The notes under the pieces: model-generated
Told to the model about the DNA's origin: nothing
Seen by the model: the letters and a program-made list of their open reading frames with translations, nothing else
Database searches by the model: none
Made by a program: the position numbers and the translations under genes
Shown here: piece by piece, positions 25,981-33,091 of the stretch
Layout: every line of letters begins with the position of its first letter
Position numbering within the stretch: position 1 is the first letter of the stretch
Source of the DNA: an uncultured Clostridia bacterium
GTDB taxonomy: Bacteria > Bacillota > Clostridia > Oscillospirales > Acutalibacteraceae
DNA: 33,091 bases
Assembly: GCA_945926705.1 (NCBI GenBank)
Contig: CAMEMA010000001.1
Coordinates: 1-33,091 of the forward strand
Direction: 5' to 3'

Positions 25981-26028
25981 GTACTTTTTATAAAAATAAT
26001 ATAAAATTTTTAATTTTTAAAATAAAAT

Positions 26029-26056
26029 CACCCACATTTCAAAAGAAACATGGGTG
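26029..26056 (-). terminator. Intrinsic terminator of the 101-aa gene
   Basis: cacccaCAtttc-aaaa-gaaaCAtgggtg, followed on the minus strand by ATTTTATTTT. Confidence 0.55.
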
Positions 26057-26069
26057 GTAAATCTTTACT

Positions 26070-26375
26070 TTATTCTACTTCATCATCTAAATCATCAATA
26101 TATCCATCAAATTGGTCTAGAGTTTTCAGATAAGAATAAGCAGTGTTTACATTTAAAGACGAGTTGTAATCCGTATTGAAGTATTTAGTATGTATAAAAA
26201 TATTCATTGATTGATGATTTTCCAAAGCTGATTTTTCTTCAAGTCTTTTTGATTTTGCGGTGTAAGAGGCTAATTCTATAATGCTTGAATGATTTGTGAT
26301 ATTGTTTACGCTTACGATTCGATGATAATTTACAGTTATTCCATTTTCGAGTGTAATTGATTTTATTAATGCCAT
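26070..26375 (-). CDS. Hypothetical 101-aa protein with an acidic C-terminus
   Basis: I take the ATG at 26375 (strong RBS AAGGAGAAATTAAGA-ATG) over the track's 26426 start. Sequence: MALIKSITLENGITVNYHRIVSV...AYSYLKTLDQFDGYIDDLDDEVE. It resembles small proteins I associate with Firmicutes phage and prophage regions, but I cannot name a family. Confidence 0.6.
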   Translation of the reverse strand: MALIKSITLENGITVNYHRIVSVNNITNHSSIIELASYTAKSKRLEEKSALENHQSMNIFIHTKYFNTDYNSSLNVNTAYSYLKTLDQFDGYIDDLDDEVE

Positions 26376-26613
26376 TCTTAATTTCTCCTTTTTTAAAACA
26401 TTAAATATAGTATTGCTGTGCTTCAATTAAAATGTTACTTGCGTCTAAATTTAATTTTCACCTTCCTTAATAAAACAACTTTATTCAATTATCCGACGAA
26501 AAAGATTAAAATTTGCATTTAAAACGTAAATTATCAAAATAATTTTTAATAAAATAAAAGAGCATAAATACATTTGTCTTAATGCATCTGCTCTATAATT
26601 TTTTTATATGATT

Positions 26614-26949
26614 TTAAATATATTTCATAAGTTCATTGTAATTATGTTCTTTTGTCATTTTTGTGATTATGCACCAGTCAACTATTGACCATATTCCACA
26701 TCCACCAAAGGTCAAAAGTTTAACGACACCAAGTCCTATCTGACCAAGCATAAATCTGTCTATTCCTAAATACCCCAAAAATATTGAAATAATAAGTAAA
26801 GTTGTGGGGTCTTTGTAATTAAGACTTTGAATTACTGAATACTTATATTCAGGAATACTTTCAAGCTTTTCTCTAATGGTTGAAATCTTGTCTGTTGGGA
26901 AAAACTTACTGTTCATAGCAATAAATTGATCTATTTTTTGTGAATCCAT
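26614..26949 (-). CDS. TM2-domain membrane protein
   Basis: The block LLIISIFLGYLGIDRFMLGQIGLGVVKLLTFGGCGIWSIVDW is the TM2 pattern (G.G.DRFYLG...G..KL.T.GG.GIW...D). I take the ATG at 26949, 8 nt after GGAGG; the track's 26964 start is a TTG inside the RBS. Confidence 0.75.
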   Translation of the reverse strand: MDSQKIDQFIAMNSKFFPTDKISTIREKLESIPEYKYSVIQSLNYKDPTTLLIISIFLGYLGIDRFMLGQIGLGVVKLLTFGGCGIWSIVDWCIITKMTKEHNYNELMKYI

Positions 26950-26982
26950 GTCTAATTCCTCCAATTTTTTAGTTTTTGTTTT

Positions 26983-27011
26983 ATTTTATCATTTATAAAT
27001 AAAAAAGTCAA
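26983..27011 (-). promoter_or_regulatory. Sigma-A promoter of the TM2-domain gene
   Basis: The minus strand reads TTGACT-17 nt-TAAAAT. Confidence 0.5.
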
Positions 27012-27131
27012 CTATAATTTATAAAAACTAATAGAATAATAACAAATAGGGATAAAAATATTTTAAATGGTATATAAATTGAAAAGTAAAAAATAATACT
27101 TAAGATAATTTTATTAATTTAGGAGGAAAAA

Positions 27132-27596
27132 ATGATAAAATTGAAATCTCTTATTGTGAATCTCTTAATTACATTGGGTGGAGGGTCTTTAATTGCATTT
27201 TTAACTAAAGATTCTATGGATATTTACGTTAATATTCAGCAACCACCGCTTTCACCGCCGGGAGTAATTTTCCCTATAGTTTGGACTTTTTTATATTTTA
27301 TAATGGCAATTTCGGCATATATGATAACCGAATCGAAATCAACAATAAAAAAGAAAGCATTGACCATTTATGGAATACAATTATTCTTGAATTTTATTTG
27401 GCCTTTAATATTTTTCAATGCGAGAATGTTTTTACCTGCTTTCTTGATTTTAATAGCTCTTTGGATTATGGTTTTATGGATGATAGGAATATTTTACAGA
27501 ATAAATCCGCGCGCTGCTTTTCTTCAAATACCTTATGCATTGTGGTTAACTTTCGCAGCTTATCTAAATCTCGGAGTATGGGTTCTGAATATGTAA
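27132..27596 (+). CDS. tspO: TspO/MBR family tryptophan-rich sensory protein
   Basis: 154 aa, 5 TM segments. Motifs PPLSPPGVIFPIVWTFLYFIMAISAY, LFLNFIWPLIFF and PYALWLTFAAYLN. RBS AGGAGG. Confidence 0.85.
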   Translation: MIKLKSLIVNLLITLGGGSLIAFLTKDSMDIYVNIQQPPLSPPGVIFPIVWTFLYFIMAISAYMITESKSTIKKKALTIYGIQLFLNFIWPLIFFNARMFLPAFLILIALWIMVLWMIGIFYRINPRAAFLQIPYALWLTFAAYLNLGVWVLNM

Positions 27597-27601
27597 GATT
27601 T

Positions 27602-28054
27602 TTATTCCCATCCTATTTCTCCGAAATAAAAGTTATTAAAATAGTTTTCAATAGATGTTTTTCTGTCAGGTATTATATTTTCCGGAAGTTTTTTTATGTT
27701 AAACCATTTTAATTCGGAGCATTTTTCGGGTTCGGAGATTTTAGGCTCTCCTTGCCATTGAGATGTACAGAAATAAACATAACAATATACGTTTGAATCT
27801 ATATTGTTGTAGTAAAATCCGGCGAATTTCAGATATTTATCAGATATATTTATTCCTACTTCTTCTTTTGTTTCTCTAATGACTGCTTGCGAAAGCGATT
27901 CATTTTTTTCGGCATGACCACTTGATGCCGTGTCCCAAAAGCCATCTCTGAACCCTGTATTTTTTCTTTTCTGAAGAAGTATTTCGGTTTCATTTTTATG
28001 ATTTCTTGTAAGTATAAGAAACACAGCTGTAGGAGTTTTAAATCTTTCTTTCAT
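27602..28054 (-). CDS. NUDIX hydrolase
   Basis: Nudix box GHAEKNESLSQAVIRETKEEVGI. I prefer the ATG at 28054 (GAAAGGAA 10 nt upstream). The alternative start at 28081 has no RBS. Confidence 0.8.
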   Translation of the reverse strand: MKERFKTPTAVFLILTRNHKNETEILLQKRKNTGFRDGFWDTASSGHAEKNESLSQAVIRETKEEVGINISDKYLKFAGFYYNNIDSNVYCYVYFCTSQWQGEPKISEPEKCSELKWFNIKKLPENIIPDRKTSIENYFNNFYFGEIGWE

Positions 28055-28222
28055 GTCTATAAAATTCCTTTCAATTTGCATTTATGAGTAATGACCAATT
28101 TTCCGAAAATATTATAGCACAGTTTAAAGACGATTCAAAGTTTGATTGAACAAAAAGAGCTTATCGTATATAATCATATACCGTAAAGTTATATGTCAAA
28201 CGGAAAGTTGGAATGATTTATT

Positions 28223-30313
28223 ATGATAAATGTCCCTAAAATGTATGGAAGTCAAGTTTTTAATGATGAAGAGATGAAAAAAAGACTTCCTTCGGAAATT
28301 TACGAAAAATTAAGAAAATCTATTGATGAAAATCTTGCTGTGGATAGGCAAACAGGCGAGTTTGTTGCAAGAGCCATGAAGGATTGGGCTCTTGAAAAAG
28401 GTGCTACACATTTTACCCACTGGTTTCAGCCTTTAACGGAAATCACTGCTGAAAAACATGACAGTTTTCTAAGCTTTAGCGAAGATGGAACAGTAAAAAT
28501 GGATTTTTCCATAAAAGATCTTTTTAAAGGTGAATCTGACGCTTCCAGTTTACCTTCCGGAGGTCTGAGGGCAACATTTGAAGCTAGGGGATATACTTCG
28601 TGGGACCCCACTTCTTATGCTTTTGTAAAAAATCACTCACTTTATATTCCTACATTCTTTTGTTCTTACAGCGGGGAAGTGCTTGACGAAAAAACACCGC
28701 TTTTGAAATCTATGTATGCTCTTAACATACAATGGTTAAGAATTTTGAGAATTTTAGGAAACAATAAAGTCAAAAAAGTTACTCCATGTATGGGAGCGGA
28801 ACAAGAATATTTTCTTATAGATAAAGAAATGTATAAAAAACGTAAGGATATAATATTTTGTGGAAGAACTCTTTTTGGTTCCAAACCGGTAAAAGCACAA
28901 GATTTATCTGATCATTATTTTGCGGCGTTAAGACCAAGAGTGGCCGCATTTATGCAGGATTTGGATCAAGAATTGTGGAAATTGGGTGTACCGTCTAAGA
29001 CTAAGCATAATGAAGTAGCTCCGGCACAGCACGAAGTTGCACAAATATACACATATTCAAATTTGGCTGCAGACCAGAATCACATAATAATGGAAACTTT
29101 AAAATTAGTTGCTGAGCGGCATAATTTAGTTTGTCTTCTTCACGAAAAACCTTTTGAATTCATTAATGGAAGCGGGAAACACAATAATTGGTCTCTTTCT
29201 TCAGATGATGGAAAAAACCTCCTCGATCCGGGAGATTCTCCGCGTGAAAATATACAATTTTTAATTTTTTTATGTGCGATGATTAAAGCTGTAGATGAGT
29301 ACTCTGATTTGTTGAGAATATCTATATCTTCACCTAGTAATGATTGTAGACTGGGAGGTCAAGAGGCTCCTCCGGCAATTGTTTCGGTCTATTTGGGAGA
29401 AGAAATTACAGATATTTTAAAATCAATTGAAAATGGAGAAATTTATACCAAACCCATTAAAAATAACTTTGAAATTGGTCTCAATGTATTTCCTAAATTT
29501 TTTAAAGATACTTCAGACAGAAACAGAACTTCACCGTTTGCTTTTACAGGAAATAAATTTGAATTCAGAATGGCCGGATCCAGTCAATCAGTTGCATCTC
29601 CTAATATGATTTTAAATACAATTATGGCTCAATCCATCAAAGAGTTTGCAGACGAACTTGAAAAAACCGAAAATCCTTCATCCAAATTGAATGAACTTCT
29701 TATATCCACTATAAAAAAACATAAAAAAATAATATTCAATGGTGATAGTTATTCAAAACAATGGGAAGATGAAGCCAAAGAGAGGGGGCTGTGTCATTTT
29801 AAAACAACAGTCGAAGCTTTGGAACATTCATTGGATGAAAAAAACATTAAATTATTTGAAACACATGGAGTTTTATCGCGTCGAGAAATGGAGTCGCGAT
29901 ACGGAATACATTTAGAAAATTACTCGACTGTAATACATATCGAGGCTAAAACTTTGGTAAGTATGGTTAAAAGTGAAATTCTTCCGTCTGTTTCAAGATA
30001 TGTAAAAAATATTGCGGAAACAATATCGGTTAAAAAGAGTCTTGGAAATGATTTTTTATGTGATTATGAATCTGACATATTTAAAAAGTTTTCGGAAATT
30101 TCGTCAAAACTTTACAGTGATGTTGAAAAACTTTCCGTTTTGGATAGTGAAGTGAGTTCCATAGCAGACGTTTGTGAGCGTGCTCGCAGATACAGAGATT
30201 TTATAATAAGCTTGATGAAAGAAATACGTTCATCAATAGATTTCATAGAATCATATATACCAAAAAAATTCTGGCCGTATCCAACTTATGAAGATATTTT
30301 ATTTAGCGTTTAA
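28223..30313 (+). CDS. glnN: Type III glutamine synthetase
   Basis: 696 aa. The N-terminus (YGSQVFNDEEMKKRLPSEIYEKL), the blocks HFTHWFQPLT, GAEQEYFLID, NEVAPAQHE, HEKPF..INGSGKHNNWS and TSPFAFTGNKFEFR, and the overall length are typical of GSIII. Confidence 0.85.
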   Translation: MINVPKMYGSQVFNDEEMKKRLPSEIYEKLRKSIDENLAVDRQTGEFVARAMKDWALEKGATHFTHWFQPLTEITAEKHDSFLSFSEDGTVKMDFSIKDLFKGESDASSLPSGGLRATFEARGYTSWDPTSYAFVKNHSLYIPTFFCSYSGEVLDEKTPLLKSMYALNIQWLRILRILGNNKVKKVTPCMGAEQEYFLIDKEMYKKRKDIIFCGRTLFGSKPVKAQDLSDHYFAALRPRVAAFMQDLDQELWKLGVPSKTKHNEVAPAQHEVAQIYTYSNLAADQNHIIMETLKLVAERHNLVCLLHEKPFEFINGSGKHNNWSLSSDDGKNLLDPGDSPRENIQFLIFLCAMIKAVDEYSDLLRISISSPSNDCRLGGQEAPPAIVSVYLGEEITDILKSIENGEIYTKPIKNNFEIGLNVFPKFFKDTSDRNRTSPFAFTGNKFEFRMAGSSQSVASPNMILNTIMAQSIKEFADELEKTENPSSKLNELLISTIKKHKKIIFNGDSYSKQWEDEAKERGLCHFKTTVEALEHSLDEKNIKLFETHGVLSRREMESRYGIHLENYSTVIHIEAKTLVSMVKSEILPSVSRYVKNIAETISVKKSLGNDFLCDYESDIFKKFSEISSKLYSDVEKLSVLDSEVSSIADVCERARRYRDFIISLMKEIRSSIDFIESYIPKKFWPYPTYEDILFSV

Positions 30314-30475
30314 AAAAATTTATGTGATTGTTAGCGTAACCTAAAATACATAAAGAACTTTGGAACACAAGTGGGTAGTTTGCCTATACTTACATAATTA
30401 ACCGTATGGAGCAAAAAGTTCTTAATTCTATACATTAGTTAGATAATTAAACTACGTCACGATAAAACCGTAAAG

Positions 30476-31429
30476 TTATACGATATCGGTATATTTTTCT
30501 ATAAAATTGCATATTGTTTTCCAGTATAGGTCAGGGTTGACTGTCGAAGACTGCACATGTGCCGCATTTTTAACGATTAATTTCTCCTTTTCGCATGTTA
30601 TTGAATCGTAAATTTCGTCTGCCATCTTGGTAGGAACAAATTTATCTTCCGCTCCGTGTATTATTAGGATTGGAATTTTACATTTTTTCACTTGCTTTAC
30701 CGCATCAGCATCTTTGAGAGAATATCCTGCCTTTATTTTTGTTATAAAAGACATAAAATTTAAGAAAGGGAAAGAGGGAAGAAACAAGAATTTTCCAAGT
30801 TGATAGCCCAACTCACTCCAAGCAGATGAATATGCGCAATCTGATATGACAGCTTTTACATTTCCCGGTATTTTTTCTCCTGCGGTCATTAAAACGGTAG
30901 AAGCTCCCATTGAACCGCCATAAAGAACTATTGATGCATCTGGATTTTCTCCTATTATTCTGTTTATATATTTTATAATATCGAGTCTGTCATGCCATCC
31001 CATTCCAATGTATTCACCTTCACTTTTTCCATGACCTCTTGCATCCGGAATTAGTAAATTGAATCCCATATTATAAAAATTCATTGCATTTTCACTTTGT
31101 TTAAAAGCATTTCCGTTGTAACCGTGACATATAATCGCCCACTTGTTTGAATTTGTTCTGCTTCTTATAACATAATAACTCAATTTCAAATTATCAAAAG
31201 AATATATGAATTCGCAATGAGTACTGGATTTGAACCAACGTTCTGAAAGTTTTTTTGATTCGTTAACATTATTTTTGGCAGTCATAGGAGTGGCTTTTAG
31301 AAATGCGGATTTATCGGTATGTGAATTTATAGCGAGTTTGTATAGATAATTACCTACAAAAAGTCCGATAAGAAATATGATAACTAGGGTGGTTATAGAT
31401 ATAATCAATAATATTTCTGCAATTTTCAT
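30476..31429 (-). CDS. Alpha/beta hydrolase (membrane-anchored serine hydrolase)
   Basis: 317 aa. N-terminal TM segment. HGYNG oxyanion region, nucleophile elbow GGSMGAS, and a C-terminal IIHGAEDKFVP ... H. Confidence 0.75.
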   Translation of the reverse strand: MKIAEILLIISITTLVIIFLIGLFVGNYLYKLAINSHTDKSAFLKATPMTAKNNVNESKKLSERWFKSSTHCEFIYSFDNLKLSYYVIRSRTNSNKWAIICHGYNGNAFKQSENAMNFYNMGFNLLIPDARGHGKSEGEYIGMGWHDRLDIIKYINRIIGENPDASIVLYGGSMGASTVLMTAGEKIPGNVKAVISDCAYSSAWSELGYQLGKFLFLPSFPFLNFMSFITKIKAGYSLKDADAVKQVKKCKIPILIIHGAEDKFVPTKMADEIYDSITCEKEKLIVKNAAHVQSSTVNPDLYWKTICNFIEKYTDIV

Positions 31430-31549
31430 CTAATTAAATAACCTCCCTTGTTTATAATTTTTATATATAGTATACTACACCGAATTTTATATAATGTCAA
31501 TATAAAACTATTTTTAATTATTTATATTTTATAAAAGGGGTATTGAATA

Positions 31550-32380
31550 GTGGTATTTTCTAGTCAAACAATGAATATCAATTTTAAAGATGCAGTTTGT
31601 TATCTTACTTTTAAGAATTTTGAAAAACATTCATTTATTAAGCATGCGTTCTCCACACGTGTGGGCGGAGTCAGTAAGAATGAATTCAAATCAATGAATT
31701 TAAGCTTTTCTCGTGGAGACATTGAAGAATCGGTGACAGAAAATTATAAAATATTTTGTAATGCTCTAAATTTTGATATGAACAAACTTGTTCGTTCACG
31801 GCAAGTACATGGAAATTTCATAAAAAAAATCACATCCAATGATGTGAAAAATAAAAAATTTAAAGAGCTTGTATATGATTCTTCAGACGGATTCATAACT
31901 GATATTCCGGGAGTTGTTTTGACTACATCTCACGCAGATTGTATGCCGATATTTATGTTAGATAAATATCGAAAAGTAGTAGGATTGGCTCATGCAGGCT
32001 GGAGAGGAACTGTTGCGAAAATTGCTGTAAAATTGGCGGAAACTTTTGTAAATGAATATGGTTCTTCTAAAACGGATTTATTTTGTGCAATTGGTCCGGG
32101 TATAAGTAAGTGTTGTTTTGAAGTTTCAAAATCTGTTTTATCTGAGTTTGAAAATCTGAAGATAGAAAATTTTTACAGTAAATCCAAAAATAATACTGAC
32201 AAAGCTTACATTGATATCGCAGAGGTTAATAAAAAATTACTTTTGAATTTTGGAATTGATGAGCGCAATATTTTTAAGTCTGATATTTGCAGCAGTTGTA
32301 ATAAAGATTTATTGTTTTCTCACAGAGCTACTCAAGGACGCCGAGGAAATAATTTGGCTTTTATTTCAATTTTGAATTAA
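31550..32380 (+). CDS. pgeF: Peptidoglycan editing factor PgeF (YfiH/DUF152, laccase-domain protein)
   Basis: Motifs RQVHG, SHADCMPIF, GLAHAGWRGT and CCFEV....F. The start is uncertain: GTG at 31550 lies 9 nt after AAGGGG, while ATG at 31571 has no RBS. Confidence 0.8.
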   Translation: MVFSSQTMNINFKDAVCYLTFKNFEKHSFIKHAFSTRVGGVSKNEFKSMNLSFSRGDIEESVTENYKIFCNALNFDMNKLVRSRQVHGNFIKKITSNDVKNKKFKELVYDSSDGFITDIPGVVLTTSHADCMPIFMLDKYRKVVGLAHAGWRGTVAKIAVKLAETFVNEYGSSKTDLFCAIGPGISKCCFEVSKSVLSEFENLKIENFYSKSKNNTDKAYIDIAEVNKKLLLNFGIDERNIFKSDICSSCNKDLLFSHRATQGRRGNNLAFISILN

Positions 32381-32450
32381 GTTTAAACAGGATATTTTTA
32401 TTATTTCAAGTTTAGTGTTAAAACTCGTGTATGATTTCAATTTACTTGAA

Positions 32451-33091
32451 TTATAAGTATTCTTCACGGAATAAGTTAAATGTTTGAGATAAATTAAGTT
32501 TTCCATACCCCCATTGAGGATTGGGATATTGTCTGTTTTTGTCTCTTGAGCTTCCTCTTATTAAGACTGTTCGTAGACGATTTCCTGTCATTGTAGGGGA
32601 ATTTCCTTCAACTAGTGCCCATTGAAACATCAGTGCCGAAGCTCCACATGCAATTGCGGCAGATACACTTGTACCCGTCATGCTTCCGACTCCTATAGGA
32701 TAAAATCCCGATATATTTACACCTGGTGCAACAAAATCCGGTGAAATTTTGGAACTTACCGTAGGACCCCAAGAACTGTTTATATATAAGCTGTTTTCTT
32801 TAGAATTATAAGCTCCCACGCTGAGCGCTCCTTGAGATGTGGATGGTATTACTACAGTATAGTTAGGTGTAGGGGAGGTAAATTCCACATTTTGGCTTAT
32901 AAATCCAGTCATGGGCAGCCAAGCGTGGTATTCTCCGCTTATGATTACATCTCCATGTAAATTGATTTCCCAAGTTCCGGGAACAGCGTCTGTCACCTGC
33001 ACTACTGCAAATCTGCTTTCATTTTGATGATATAGCATTGTTACGGTAGATTTTTCAAAGATTAACTTTCTTTCATACGTTGTACCCACAT
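32451..33091 (-). CDS. Subtilisin-like S8 serine peptidase, C-terminal part, probably a Csp-type germination protease; the gene continues past the right window edge
   Basis: Catalytic Ser motif GTSVSAAIACGASALMFQW. It is preceded by a beta-rich insert (GTWEINLHGDVIISGEYHAWLP) and followed by YPNPQWGYGKLNL, a layout I associate with clostridial CspB/CspC. The leading M in the track is an internal GTG codon. Confidence 0.6.
   Translation of the reverse strand, partial: VGTTYERKLIFEKSTVTMLYHQNESRFAVVQVTDAVPGTWEINLHGDVIISGEYHAWLPMTGFISQNVEFTSPTPNYTVVIPSTSQGALSVGAYNSKENSLYINSSWGPTVSSKISPDFVAPGVNISGFYPIGVGSMTGTSVSAAIACGASALMFQWALVEGNSPTMTGNRLRTVLIRGSSRDKNRQYPNPQWGYGKLNLSQTFNLFREEYL

Noticed and set aside
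23622-27011. A tRNA-Pro-targeted integrative element
   Set aside because: There is no integrase or recombinase. I found no direct repeat of the tRNA 3' end (tcctgtcacctcgacca) downstream. The idea survives only as a weak 'variable region' finding.
28166-28181. Inverted repeat GTATAT-aatc-ATATAC in the glnN upstream region as a nitrogen-regulator site
   Set aside because: It does not match the GlnR/TnrA box TGTNA-N7-TNACA. It is low-complexity TA sequence overlapping a likely -10 element.
30353-30423. A 9-bp inverted repeat (aagaacttt / aaagttctt) with a 53-nt loop between the convergent glnN and hydrolase genes
   Set aside because: The stem is weak and AT-rich, the loop is very long, and no T-run follows. 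It is not convincing as a terminator or structured RNA.
28180-30480. The 14-nt exact repeat accgtaaagttata at 28180..28193 and 30467..30480, flanking glnN
   Set aside because: One or a few 14-mer coincidences are expected by chance in 33 kb of AT-biased sequence on two strands. The second copy overlaps the hydrolase stop codon, and there is no further flanking similarity.
1-33091. CRISPR arrays, IS elements or transposases, rRNA, riboswitches and T-boxes
   Set aside because: I scanned the intergenic regions by eye on both strands. I found no spaced direct-repeat arrays, no terminal inverted repeats around transposase-like ORFs, and no leader resembling a T-box or a common riboswitch core.

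Overview
This is a very AT-rich chromosomal segment, most consistent with an endospore-forming member of the Clostridia. It carries about 30 protein genes and one tRNA-Pro(UGG). I found no CRISPR array, IS element, integrase or rRNA.

Gene content:
- Sporulation and germination: spoIVA 5' end, an adjacent SipL/SpoVID-like DUF3794+LysM gene, a PdaB-like deacetylase, a YlmC/YmxH protein, a frameshifted cwlD, and a Csp-like S8 protease fragment.
- DNA repair: radA and addBA.
- Transport: two P-type ATPases.
- Housekeeping: type III glutamine synthetase, pgeF, TspO, Nudix, hemolysin-III, GT2 and an alpha/beta hydrolase.

Most notable observations:
1. An unannotated 45-aa SCIFF radical-SAM peptide (6500..6637) sits next to an intact SCIFF maturase. 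It keeps only four of the six family-defining cysteines (positions 32 and 36 are Ser and Asn).
2. At 24.7-27.0 kb there are four small orphan genes on the minus strand. Two of them are driven by a duplicated ~78-bp promoter module with a 14-bp palindromic operator at the start site. One copy carries a (TA)11 tract in the -35/-10 spacer.
3. A 141-aa protein has a long helical N-terminal region ending in VAGG, a Gly/Ala-rich hydrophobic segment, and three perfect 18-bp GC-rich tandem repeats.
4. cwlD is split by a frameshift together with a short deletion.

All functional calls rest on motifs I recognise by eye; no database search was possible.
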